DNA of 64,000 nt from the IMG/VR virus record IMGVR_UViG_3300010340_000989, positions 32,001-96,000 of that record. One strand, 5' to 3'. The notes below the pieces were generated by a model that saw only the letters and a list, made by a program, of their open reading frames with translations, was not told the DNA's origin and made no database searches. A program made the translations under genes and the position numbers. Of this stretch, positions 12,601 to 21,143 are shown piece by piece. Positions within the stretch are counted from its first letter, which is position 1. Each line of letters begins with the position of its first letter. The DNA comes from a virus. Lineage: Duplodnaviria; Caudoviricetes.

Positions 12601-13554
12601 ACTAACATAAATATGGGATCTATTAGCGGCAATGCTTTTATTACTTCGGGGGATATATCTGGAAATATAATTGATGTTACAATTGGTACTACTCATTATA
12701 CATTTCAAAGTATCGATGTATCTGGAAATATTAAAAATATCAATACGAATGATGTACAGAATACCACATTTAATATTTCTAATCTAATTTCAGGAACAAT
12801 AACTGATATTATTATGGGTGATGTAAATACATCATTCACATTTAATTCATTAACTGGAATAGTAGCTAATATTATTATGGCGACGGTGAGTAGTGATGGG
12901 TTTCATGGAGGTGATATATCAGGTAAAGTATCTAATATTAAAATAGGTAATGTTTTGGGTACCGCTTTCTTTTTTGATACATTATCAGGAATAATAACTA
13001 ATGTTAATATTGGTAATGTTACTGAACAAATATTTTATGCTACCAAGGATATATCAGGAGAAATAAGCTATATAAATGCAGGAAATTGTAATAGTGGATT
13101 CTATTCTAATCTTGACATATCGAGTCAAATATCCAATGTTAATATGGGTATTATTTATAATTTTCCATTTTTTGCTAATGGTGATATCACCGGAATAATA
13201 AATTATATCAATGTATCTACTAATCCAACTTACTCATTTTATGCAAATAACATTTCATCAACAATGAGTTATATTAATTCTAACGGTGGTATTTATACCG
13301 GTGTAGATTTTAAAGGAAAATTAATAAATTGTGAATTCGATTGTAGAGGGAAAGGGATAACAGTAATTAATAATATTAATTCTAGCGCAGTAATTGAGAG
13401 ATGTAAATTACTTGCAGATTCTGGACAATATTCTATATCTGCTCCATCATCTACTAGTGTTAAAATAGTTTATACAGCTACAAATAGAGGATTTAATAAC
13501 GTCACATCATCGTTATCACCTAATTATAATATCAATAGTACGTCTATTATTTAA
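9670..13554 (+). CDS. Giant beta-solenoid repeat protein, paralog 3
   Basis: Same architecture as paralogs 1 and 2. Confidence 0.7.
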   Translation: MSHYPKIFDYAGSGGGGGLTFSGQNYVIVESVNTGVPATDGVTNGNRLLNGLIQLNSLDWGTRSLNSMGSLLLMPGTYNLVDQTITMIDFTNIVGISTNRRDTIITADSMATNQNHIYFGSGITAGLQNVELIADVANDAIMLGGDDTSFPIIENVYFGSENMLVNSLFNFGFNNLIGKYDNCEWISGINYAFSSNQDISATITDVKMGDVSFGFYALDNISGTISNIRMNTVNIGFVSNNGDISGTITNVIIGNVSSGFYSSSDISGKLTNIKIGDVINYAIGSSGNISGKINNVRIGEVSTGAFYATGTFSGIITDVIMGNVSGTAFRSQTGNISGLISDVIMGNFVGNGFRANTGDISAKITNITMGSGNNAFYAVNKISGTMSNITMGDITGIAFRSGASITAEITNINIGNVTGKSVFESNSDNISGKINHITMGDVGYAFNTPSGDISGTISDVIMGDGDISFYSLGIISGVISNITMGNFSSAFSALYGIEGIISNITMGDITNYAFNTDGDISAKITDVIIGDVTTAFLANDANISGIITNISMGNVLNGFSGNFISGTMSYIKMGSSTNAFSAANDISGTITSVIMGTVSSSFYANDFSGTINNVTIGTVSTSAFNIINEISGKISNINIGNVTGTYTFNIGTFSGTITDIMMGDVSYGFRSIGNMSGKISNITMGHSIYAFRSQNGDISGIITDIIMGSVSVAFFSPGSISGTITNITMGDVSTYTFYTSEGDISGKINNITMGDVNSKAFWSYTGDISGTITNITMGNVDYAFRTDSGTISGIIGDVIMGDVNNYAFLSNNGDISGTITDIIMNNVSITAFNSNLANISGVISNISMCGVSASVFNTSGDMSGSISNIIMGDCDSPFDISGDISGTITNIIMGISTNAFSGSDISGKISDVIMGTTSTSFLTTTGDISGAIDNIKMVGFGNGFHSTGNISGTITNIIMGDGDIAFYAETGNISGNITNINMGSISGNAFITSGDISGNIIDVTIGTTHYTFQSIDVSGNIKNINTNDVQNTTFNISNLISGTITDIIMGDVNTSFTFNSLTGIVANIIMATVSSDGFHGGDISGKVSNIKIGNVLGTAFFFDTLSGIITNVNIGNVTEQIFYATKDISGEISYINAGNCNSGFYSNLDISSQISNVNMGIIYNFPFFANGDITGIINYINVSTNPTYSFYANNISSTMSYINSNGGIYTGVDFKGKLINCEFDCRGKGITVINNINSSAVIERCKLLADSGQYSISAPSSTSVKIVYTATNRGFNNVTSSLSPNYNINSTSII

Positions 13555-13895
13555 CTATACAAATAACTTTCATATTTTTCCTCTTGATTTAAATCAATTT
13601 GAATATTGACTTCCTTTAAGGCAGTTTTAAATTGAGCAACTACTAAATTCATATGATCAAATTCTTCTTGATTTAATAAATTATCAATAACTAATTCTCT
13701 TTGATCTTCAATTGAAAATTTTGGACCGCATTCAATTTTTAAATCAATGGAATATCCAACTTTTCTTCTTAAAAAATTATTAATCATTTGATAATAAACA
13801 TTTTCCTCTTTTCTATACTTTTTAAATAAAAATATAGAAAAGATAACCATACGAGTTATGTGATTATGATTTATTTGTTGAACATCTAATTTCAT
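13551..13895 (-). CDS. Hypothetical protein with internal RxxxIDxLL motif
   Basis: ORF; QRELVIDNLL. Confidence 0.65.
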   Translation of the reverse strand: MKLDVQQINHNHITRMVIFSIFLFKKYRKEENVYYQMINNFLRRKVGYSIDLKIECGPKFSIEDQRELVIDNLLNQEEFDHMNLVVAQFKTALKEVNIQIDLNQEEKYESYLYS

Positions 13896-14128
13896 GATAA
13901 AATATTATCAATTTTTAAATCTCTAACTTCATCTTTACTTAAAAGATCTTTAAAATCAAATTTTGAATGACAGTCACCACAAGTAGGGTCACCATTTAAA
14001 GTAGAATAAACATTACCGGAAAGAGAAAGACATTTCGGACAATATAATTTACCAAAGGATTTCATCTCATTCATCTTTCTTATTCTATAATAAATCTCAG
14101 AGTGATTTCTACTTAAAATACCTTTCAT
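13892..14128 (-). CDS. Zn-ribbon protein with C-terminal RDxKI tag
   Basis: CPKC...CGDC; ends EVRDLKIDNILS; start moved to ATG 14128 because the track's TTG at 14185 lies inside a promoter motif. Confidence 0.65.
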   Translation of the reverse strand: MKGILSRNHSEIYYRIRKMNEMKSFGKLYCPKCLSLSGNVYSTLNGDPTCGDCHSKFDFKDLLSKDEVRDLKIDNILS

Positions 14129-14182
14129 ATATTTATCATATGAAAAAAAGCCTACATAGTTTATCAACTTTTGTATGTAATA

Positions 14183-14190
14183 CAAATATA
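14183..14190 (-). promoter_or_regulatory. Bacteroidota-type -7 promoter element TATATTTG
   Basis: Matches TAnnTTTG consensus, heads a minus-strand operon. Confidence 0.6.
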
Positions 14191-14212
14191 TACATGTATA
14201 TAAAATTAATTT

Positions 14213-14395
14213 ATGGCAAAAGATAAAATGATGAGTCTCAGAATGCCTGAGATTTTAATTGAAGAGTATAAAAAATTCTGTGAGGAAAATTCATTTACAA
14301 TGTCTAAAAGACTTAGAAAATTAATGGAATCAGATTTAGAAAGATGGAGAAAATATCAATATGATAAAAAGAAAGAACCTAAATCTACAGATTAA
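14213..14395 (+). CDS. Ribbon-helix-helix DNA-binding protein
   Basis: MMSLRMPEILIEEYKKFCEENSFTMSKRLRKLM fits Arc/CopG RHH pattern. Confidence 0.7.
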   Translation: MAKDKMMSLRMPEILIEEYKKFCEENSFTMSKRLRKLMESDLERWRKYQYDKKKEPKSTD

Positions 14396-14401
14396 TATAT
14401 A
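14393..14401 (+). promoter_or_regulatory. Putative late promoter TAATATATA
   Basis: Immediately upstream of 14406. Confidence 0.55.
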
Positions 14402-14405
14402 GTTA

Positions 14406-15161
14406 ATGATATTAGGGTTCAATAAATTTAGAATAAAAAAATATTGTTTTCTTTTAGGAATAAAAGACTATAAAATTAATAAAGATAATTCAATTGATGT
14501 GAATGAATCTGTTAATTTGACTGATTCTTGGACTAGAAATTCTGCTAATTATTCTTGGGACGATAAAAAAGGAAAAAGATGGTTTAGAGATAAATTACCT
14601 ATTAAATTTGGAAAAGTTAATGGAAACTTTAATATAAGTGGGTGTTTTTTAAAAACATTGGAAGGTTGCCCTACACATGTAGAAGGAAATTTTGATTGTT
14701 TAAGTAATAAAAATTTAGAATCTCTTGAAGGATCGCCTAAATTTGTAGGTGGTAAGTATAATGCAACTTCATGTAATATTAAATCTTTGAAAGGTATATC
14801 AAATAATATATCAGAATTATACTCTAGAAATAATCCTCATCAACATCTACATGATATTTCATTAAATTTAGGGTTTAATGATAATTTAATGGATCTTATT
14901 GATTTTCCAGATTTTCTAAAAGGTAATTTTTCATTCAGGGATTGTCCAGTTGAGGAAATTTTAAATTTATTTAATATAAGATCTGTATATAAGGGATCTG
15001 GAATTTTTGATACTGAGAATGAGAAAATAATTCATTTAATTAATGAATTTGATGTAATACAAGGTAAAAATATTATTGAGGATAGACTAATTGAAATTTA
15101 CCATATATTAGATTTGGAAATACCAAGCTCTTTTAATTTTAAAAACTATAATTTAACATAA
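14406..15161 (+). CDS. LRR-like (LxSLEGCP repeat) protein
   Basis: LKTLEGCP, LESLEGSP repeats; C-domain INEFDVIQG shared with 28583, 29220, 34879. Confidence 0.75.
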   Translation: MILGFNKFRIKKYCFLLGIKDYKINKDNSIDVNESVNLTDSWTRNSANYSWDDKKGKRWFRDKLPIKFGKVNGNFNISGCFLKTLEGCPTHVEGNFDCLSNKNLESLEGSPKFVGGKYNATSCNIKSLKGISNNISELYSRNNPHQHLHDISLNLGFNDNLMDLIDFPDFLKGNFSFRDCPVEEILNLFNIRSVYKGSGIFDTENEKIIHLINEFDVIQGKNIIEDRLIEIYHILDLEIPSSFNFKNYNLT

Positions 15162-15931
15162 TGTATTCAAAAATATACGACTTTTGTAAAGTTAAAAATA
15201 CCGGTTTAGCTTATAAAAATGGACTCGAACAAACTCCTCGTGTTCAATGGATAGTTAAATTATTAGAATCTAATAATATTGAATATATTATTGATGAATG
15301 GGGTTCAGTTAGTAATAAATTTTATAATATAATTTTACCAGGTAGTTCTGGTAAATTTGTCACAGCTCATCATGATATAGTTAATCCAGCATCTGATAAT
15401 GCTAATGATAATTCAGCTTCTGTTATTAATGCAATAATGACTAAAATAAATTTACCATCTACAACTGTAATTCTTTTAGATGGTGAAGAGATTGGTGGTA
15501 AAGGGTCACAAAGAGCATCTGAAAAAATAAATGCTGGTGAATATGGTAATTGTGATTGGATTTTAAATTTTGAATTAACTGGAAAAGGTGGTCATCATTT
15601 TTTTATTGGAAATAATAAAAATATTTTAAATGATCATATTAAATCTTTATTTAATTGTCCGGTAGTTCATACACCATTTAATGATTCAGTTATATTCAAT
15701 AATAATGGAATTATATCAACGGTAATAAATCCATTACCACCATTGAGTAAAGAAGAAAGTGAAATTAGGTCTTTTTTAAGAAGATCTCCAGAAGTTTTAT
15801 CATATGATGGAACACCACTTGATTTTTCTATTCTTTATAATTGCCATTCAATGAAAGACAGCTTAGATACAATTGATCCAAAAGACATGCAAGACTTTGT
15901 GGAAAAAGTTGCAATGAAAATATTATCTTAA
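15161..15931 (+). CDS. Peptidase M28 family protein
   Basis: TAHHD, ANDNSASV, DGEEIG, LNFELTG, C-terminal His: M28 Zn-ligand motifs. Confidence 0.8.
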   Translation: MYSKIYDFCKVKNTGLAYKNGLEQTPRVQWIVKLLESNNIEYIIDEWGSVSNKFYNIILPGSSGKFVTAHHDIVNPASDNANDNSASVINAIMTKINLPSTTVILLDGEEIGGKGSQRASEKINAGEYGNCDWILNFELTGKGGHHFFIGNNKNILNDHIKSLFNCPVVHTPFNDSVIFNNNGIISTVINPLPPLSKEESEIRSFLRRSPEVLSYDGTPLDFSILYNCHSMKDSLDTIDPKDMQDFVEKVAMKILS

Positions 15932-15934
15932 CTA

Positions 15935-16042
15935 ATGAAGAATGTAAAGTTATATGAAGAATTTATATCATTTCAATCACTTGTTAATCTTGTAAAAAAG
16001 ATTGGTGGTATTTTCTATATAAAAAATTGGACTAAATATTAA
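15935..16042 (+). CDS. Small protein with capsid-targeting-like N-terminus (not in ORF track)
   Basis: MKNVKLYEEFISFQSLVNLVKKIGGIFYIKNWTKY; stop overlaps next ATG. Confidence 0.5.
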   Translation: MKNVKLYEEFISFQSLVNLVKKIGGIFYIKNWTKY

Positions 16043-16443
16043 TGAGACATTTAAAAAAATTTGAAAACACACAAGAAGAAAATATCTTCAAAAGAGATGA
16101 AATAGGTGATATTATAAATGAATTCGCCGATTCTTTTGATATTGAAGAAGTTGATGATATAATCATATATCCAGATATAGATTCGTATGGTTCGGATCCC
16201 TCTACATTTTTAGGTGAATTATCTGAAATAGATCATGGTATAACCACATCTTTTAAAATTTATATTCCATATGATTATGATTATTCTGATTTTAATGACT
16301 TATGCAATACATATATCAAAACATTTAATACTCTTAAATCATTAAATGGTAAAATGGAAATGTTTAATGTTGAAATTTTAGAAGATTATTTTTTTATAGA
16401 TTTTGATTCAACTTCAATAGTAATAGGTTTACAAAAAATATAA
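16042..16443 (+). CDS. Putative internal head protein
   Basis: N-terminus MRHLKKFE; acidic. Confidence 0.6.
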   Translation: MRHLKKFENTQEENIFKRDEIGDIINEFADSFDIEEVDDIIIYPDIDSYGSDPSTFLGELSEIDHGITTSFKIYIPYDYDYSDFNDLCNTYIKTFNTLKSLNGKMEMFNVEILEDYFFIDFDSTSIVIGLQKI

Positions 16444-16448
16444 GTATA

Positions 16449-16868
16449 ATGAAACATCTTAGAAGATTTAATGAATCATATATTAATACAGATGAAATAA
16501 AAAATTATATCTATGATATTTTTTCTGATTTAGATGATTATAATATAAAAGTTCAATCTTGTAAAGAAGATATTGGTGTTCTTTATTTCAATGTAGTTAA
16601 AAAACATCTTGAGTTTCTATATAATAATTATGATATTACTGAAATTATAGAAATATCTATTAATAAAAAATATTATGAAGGATCATTAAATTATAAATAT
16701 TTTAAAGAGATGAGTGGATCTTTAATTAGTTATATGTTATCAGAAGACTTTGATTATATAATAGAACCTGTTTATCCACAATCAGTTGGAATTGGATATA
16801 AACTCAATAATATAAGTGAAATTGAAAATATGGAACTTGTGAGTCTAAATTTTAGATTTTTTCAATAA
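16449..16868 (+). CDS. Putative internal head protein (IxDI..L.D / SYxxSE.F family)
   Basis: MKHLRRFNES; SLISYMLSEDF. Confidence 0.6.
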   Translation: MKHLRRFNESYINTDEIKNYIYDIFSDLDDYNIKVQSCKEDIGVLYFNVVKKHLEFLYNNYDITEIIEISINKKYYEGSLNYKYFKEMSGSLISYMLSEDFDYIIEPVYPQSVGIGYKLNNISEIENMELVSLNFRFFQ

Positions 16869-16897
16869 TATAGAATATGAATTCAAAAGGTTATTAA

Positions 16898-17065
16898 TTA
16901 TGATAAATTATTTATCAATAAATTTTCTATAAAATCTCTTACCTTTATTTTTTCTCTACCACAATAATCCTTTACTTTTTTATGAATTTCTTTTGAAATT
17001 TGAAATGTAGATAGTTTTGAGTTATATTCTTTTTTCTGTAAAATATAGTTTTGATTTTTTTCCAT
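16898..17065 (-). CDS. Small RHH-like protein (not in ORF track)
   Basis: 55 aa, STFQISKEIHKKVKDYCGREKIKVRDFIENLL; divergent from GIY-YIG gene. Confidence 0.55.
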   Translation of the reverse strand: MEKNQNYILQKKEYNSKLSTFQISKEIHKKVKDYCGREKIKVRDFIENLLINNLS

Positions 17066-17117
17066 AGGGAGAAAATTTATTTTTATATATAATTATATAA
17101 AAATAAATTAAAAAGTT

Positions 17118-17853
17118 ATGAATAAGAGGGGAACTTGGACATACCAAAGATGTAAAGAATTGGCATCTCTATTTAATAGAAGAATGAACTTTTATAAGGA
17201 ATATAAAGTTGCTTATACAACCGCTAGTAAAAATGGATGGTTAGAAGAAATATGTAAACATATGGATTATAATCAAACTCCACCAGGAACCTGGATATGA
17301 TAAATGTAAATTAGAAGCAATTAAATATAACAGTAAATCTGAATTTCAAAAGAAAAATTACAATGTGTATCGAAGAGCTTATGATAATGGATGGATAGAT
17401 GATATATGTGTACACATGAAATCTATTGGTAATTTATATAAAAGAATGGTCTATGTTTATATTTTTGAGGATAAATTTTTTTATGTTGGTTTAACCTGTA
17501 ATAAAGAAAGAAGAAAGGAAGAGCATTTAAAAACAAATACATCAGTTTACAATCATATCAATAAGACCAAATCAAAATTTAAATATATTGATTTAACTGA
17601 TTATATAGACGTTAATGAATCTGTTATTAAAGAGAAATATTTTTTAGATAAATTTAAAAAGGATGGGTTGATTCCTCTAAATAAAAATAAAACAGGTGGA
17701 TTAGGAGGAGGTGTAAAAAAGTGGAATTATGACACATGTAAAGAAAAATCTTTATTATGTAAAGGTAGATATGAGTTTTCAAAAAAATTTGGAAGAGCTT
17801 ATAAGGAATCAAAGCTTAATGGGTGGATTGATGAATTTTTTCCAAAAAATTAA
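17118..17853 (+). pseudogene. Frameshifted GIY-YIG homing endonuclease
   Basis: VYVYIFEDKFFYVGLT...RRKEEH core; repeat GTW(T)YDKCK broken by a frameshift at ~17295 (ACC TGG A TAT GAT). Confidence 0.75.
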
Positions 17854-18695
17854 TAATTAAATATTATAATTTCTTTGGTTTCTTTTTTACTACCACTTTT
17901 ATTTATCTTTTCATAGTTGAAATTTAGCTCTTTATAATTAAATCCATCTGAAATAAGTTTATCTAGAATCCAAGTTTTTTTACCACCATGTTCTATTACA
18001 CCAGATATCATAAAAGATGAATTTAATTTGTTAATTTTATGACAAAAATCATATAAATTAATATCATCATTTTTATAATAAAAATTATTATATCCAGCTT
18101 CAGATATTTGTTTATCACCAATATTTCCATCTGTGTTTTTAATATATCCGTAAGGTGGATCCATATAGTAAAATGTATCTCTAGTAATAATCATTTCATT
18201 AAAATTTTTTGATGAAAAAGTTATTTTATCAGAGAATTTTCTGATATGTTGAATAAATTTTGAGACTTTTGTCTCGGTGTTGGAATTCCAAGATCTTTTA
18301 CCCCAAGTTTGATTAAATTTACCCCTTTGATTGAATCTAATCAAGTTAGAATTACAACTTAACATCAAAGCCCATAATTTAGAAGGAGTAGGGTTCAAAT
18401 TGTAACTATCTCTTAACTCAATAAAGTCTTTTTGGCTTATTTTTAAGTTTTGACAAATAGATTTAGTTTCAGTTATTATATCATCAGAATGTAATAATGC
18501 TTGATGAATGCCAATTAAATCTTTAATAACATCATTAGCAATTAATTTATCATATTTATCTACAACATTTGTATAAACAGAACCACCACCACAAAAAAGA
18601 TCAACAAAATAAGGTTTTGTATAATCAAATTCGGGTAATAGTTGTTCAAGTAGTTTAAACTTCGAACCAGTGTAGTTAAATGGTGTCTCTATCAT
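17850..18695 (-). CDS. dam: Dam-like (D12 class) DNA adenine methyltransferase
   Basis: PFNYTGSK, DLFCGGGSV, DPPY. Confidence 0.9.
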   Translation of the reverse strand: MIETPFNYTGSKFKLLEQLLPEFDYTKPYFVDLFCGGGSVYTNVVDKYDKLIANDVIKDLIGIHQALLHSDDIITETKSICQNLKISQKDFIELRDSYNLNPTPSKLWALMLSCNSNLIRFNQRGKFNQTWGKRSWNSNTETKVSKFIQHIRKFSDKITFSSKNFNEMIITRDTFYYMDPPYGYIKNTDGNIGDKQISEAGYNNFYYKNDDINLYDFCHKINKLNSSFMISGVIEHGGKKTWILDKLISDGFNYKELNFNYEKINKSGSKKETKEIIIFNY

Positions 18696-18903
18696 TTATA
18701 TCATTTATTTCTTTTATTAATTGTTTTTCAATTAATGATATTGTATCAATACCTGAAAGCGAACTAATATCATTAGCCATTGCGGCTGTCCATTCGGATC
18801 TAATTGATCTACCTATAGCTTGAATACTTATACTCTTCAAAAAAGGTTTTTTATTATTCTTAGCTTCTTTAACTTTTTTAATTAAATCTTTAATTTCATT
18901 CAT
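18676..18903 (-). CDS. Small protein resembling a segment of T4-like major capsid protein gp23
   Basis: IQAIGRSIRSEWTAAMANDISSLSGIDTISLIEKQLIKEI aligns without gaps to the gp23 A..R.L...YS.ELAQDL....G.D....L...L..EI block (from memory). Confidence 0.6.
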   Translation of the reverse strand: MNEIKDLIKKVKEAKNNKKPFLKSISIQAIGRSIRSEWTAAMANDISSLSGIDTISLIEKQLIKEINDINDRDTI

Positions 18904-19202
18904 GGTTGATAGATAGTATAATATGCTGTTAATTCATCACCTGGATTAATATCTATAAGTGTTTTTAATCTTAATTGTTTTATTTCATTATCAATAGATT
19001 CAATTATTTCACAGTTTGGAGTAATTGAATGATTAAAAAAACCACCAAGTGGTAATCTTATATAGTTATCTGGAAATCTTTCATCGTAGATGTGTGTCAT
19101 TCCAAGGTCTGTTTCAGATGGAATAAAATCAGTTGAAAATAATCCTAATCCTTCAATTTTTGAATCACTAATTGTTAAATTAGTTGGTAGTGGTCGATAC
19201 AT
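18900..19202 (-). CDS. SET-domain protein lysine methyltransferase
   Basis: SKIEGLGLF, FFNHSITPNC, DINPGDELTAYY. Confidence 0.9.
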   Translation of the reverse strand: MYRPLPTNLTISDSKIEGLGLFSTDFIPSETDLGMTHIYDERFPDNYIRLPLGGFFNHSITPNCEIIESIDNEIKQLRLKTLIDINPGDELTAYYTIYQP

Positions 19203-20067
19203 TATAGTTCATTATTAATAGTTCAGTTCCTTTAGTAGTTTCTTGGCCTTTCTTAGCTCCTGATATCTTATTAAATTCCTTTTCCTCCCAATGAAATTGG
19301 TCTCTTGGAAACCATTCCTCTAACTCTGGAAAATAATAGTATGATAATGACCACTTTGCTTCTAATTTTTTAATACAATCAGCTAATCTCTTATGTGTTT
19401 CTAATCCAAATTCATGATTACTATAATACTTTTCACAGTTATAGTATGGAGGATCTAAATAGAAATATGTTTCTGGACTATCATATTTTAACATTAAATT
19501 CTCAAAATCTATACTCTCAACATTTGTAATTTTATCTAGGTGATTTAATATATTCTTACCATGATTAGAACCATTCATTTTTTTTCTAAATGATTCAAAC
19601 TTACAGTTATATTTACCCTTCAAATCTATAAAAGAACTAGTTTCTGGCTTAGATCCAGAAAAAACTTGTGATAATACATATGAATATTTAACTGCATTTT
19701 GATAATCTGGATTATCCATATCTAATTTTGGTTGGTTTTTAAAAATATCTTTTTGATATTCATCAAACCATTTTTTAAATTTCGGATCGGTTGGGGATCC
19801 ATCTTTTCTTCTCTGCTGACATTCTTGACTTTCCAAGAATGTATAAAACTCTTTATATTTTCTAGCACAAGCAAATATATTAGCATTTAGAACATTAAAA
19901 TCATTATAGATTACTTTCTCTAAATCAGGATATTTATCTAAATCCATAGTTAAATAAACATTAAACATACCACTAAATGGTTCAGAAAATACTTTTATAT
20001 CTTTTGGGATAAAATCTACAATCCACTTACCCATTGAGCCACCTTTGGCACCCATGTAACTTATCAT
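19180..20067 (-). CDS. Second Dam-like (D12 class) DNA adenine methyltransferase
   Basis: ISYMGAK, EPFSGMFNV, IYNDFN, FYLDPPY. Confidence 0.88.
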   Translation of the reverse strand: MISYMGAKGGSMGKWIVDFIPKDIKVFSEPFSGMFNVYLTMDLDKYPDLEKVIYNDFNVLNANIFACARKYKEFYTFLESQECQQRRKDGSPTDPKFKKWFDEYQKDIFKNQPKLDMDNPDYQNAVKYSYVLSQVFSGSKPETSSFIDLKGKYNCKFESFRKKMNGSNHGKNILNHLDKITNVESIDFENLMLKYDSPETYFYLDPPYYNCEKYYSNHEFGLETHKRLADCIKKLEAKWSLSYYYFPELEEWFPRDQFHWEEKEFNKISGAKKGQETTKGTELLIMNYNVSTTTN

Positions 20068-20080
20068 CTATTTAATTATT

Positions 20081-20860
20081 TTATATTTTATTTCCTTTAC
20101 TCAAATTATCAAATGCCCATAACGGTTGTAAATTTTTAAGAGAATTTACAATATCAACTGGAGTTTCCGGATCATAAGATGAAACTGGTTTTATATGATC
20201 AATATGCCATTCTCCATAATTATCCCAACTCATACCTTCCACAAATAAGCTTTCAATATACTCTTTTAATTCTATTGATGAATATCCAAGAAGTTTAATT
20301 GTCTCATCATCTTTCTTCTTACCAAATCTTTTTAGTGTATTTGTTAATATTGTTCTCCATGCTAAAATATGAGGACATCTTTTTTTAATTGATTTATACC
20401 AATTTTTTCTGTGTTTCTTAGAAGATTCTGATTTAGAATATCTTTTTCTATACTCTTTTATTTTATCTGAATTATTTTCTCTCCAAATTTTATTATATTC
20501 CTTATTTTCCTCTTTATATTTTTTATAATATTCTTTTAAAGATTCTATATTATCCTCTCTATATTTTTTATTATATTCAGACATATAATCTTTATTATTA
20601 TCTCTCCATTTTTTATTTTTTTCTAAAATATAATCTTTATTTTTTAAGTAATTTTTTATTCTTCTATCTCTCTTAACATCCTTTGGAATTAATTTATTCC
20701 TTTCTTTATTTTTTTGTTTATATTCATCAGTCGATCTTCTCTCTTTTTCTTTAATAAGAATACAGGATTTACATTGTGATTTTAATCCATCTTTCGAACT
20801 TTTAAATTTGTGAAACTCGTTAAAATCTTTTTTTATCTTACATTTACTACAAGTTTTCAT
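20081..20860 (-). CDS. HNH homing endonuclease-like protein
   Basis: N-terminal CSKC..CKSC, basic repeats, WHIDHIKP...NLQPLWAFDNLSKGN. Confidence 0.85.
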   Translation of the reverse strand: MKTCSKCKIKKDFNEFHKFKSSKDGLKSQCKSCILIKEKERRSTDEYKQKNKERNKLIPKDVKRDRRIKNYLKNKDYILEKNKKWRDNNKDYMSEYNKKYREDNIESLKEYYKKYKEENKEYNKIWRENNSDKIKEYRKRYSKSESSKKHRKNWYKSIKKRCPHILAWRTILTNTLKRFGKKKDDETIKLLGYSSIELKEYIESLFVEGMSWDNYGEWHIDHIKPVSSYDPETPVDIVNSLKNLQPLWAFDNLSKGNKI

Positions 20861-20880
20861 AAAACTAACATTTTTATATT

Positions 20881-20889
20881 TATATATTA
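20881..20889 (-). promoter_or_regulatory. Putative late promoter TAATATATA
   Basis: Upstream of HNH gene. Confidence 0.5.
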
Positions 20890-20894
20890 AATTG

Positions 20895-21098
20895 TTAGTT
20901 TTCCCTCTTGTAAATTCTCTCTAAAAGTTCAAAAACATCAAAAGATTTTTCTCTTCTCATAAATTCGTCTAATCTTCCTTGAGGAATTCCTTTCTTTCTC
21001 CAAACCGAAAGAACTGGTCTAGACACATCAAAATAATTATCTATACTCTGACTATATTTCTTCTTTATAAAAAATTCTATGAACTCTATATCAATCAT
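20895..21098 (-). CDS. Small Cro-like HTH protein
   Basis: YFDVSRPVLSVWRKKGIP. Confidence 0.55.
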   Translation of the reverse strand: MIDIEFIEFFIKKKYSQSIDNYFDVSRPVLSVWRKKGIPQGRLDEFMRREKSFDVFELLERIYKREN

Positions 21099-21143
21099 TT
21101 TGATATAATATTTTTAACTTTTAGTTGAAATAATGGTAATTGT

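Noticed and set aside
1782-13554. Regular repeats as a CRISPR array or DGR target
   Set aside because: Repeats are degenerate, in-frame codon repeats; no invariant repeat-spacer pattern, no adenine-specific TR/VR pair and no reverse transcriptase in the window
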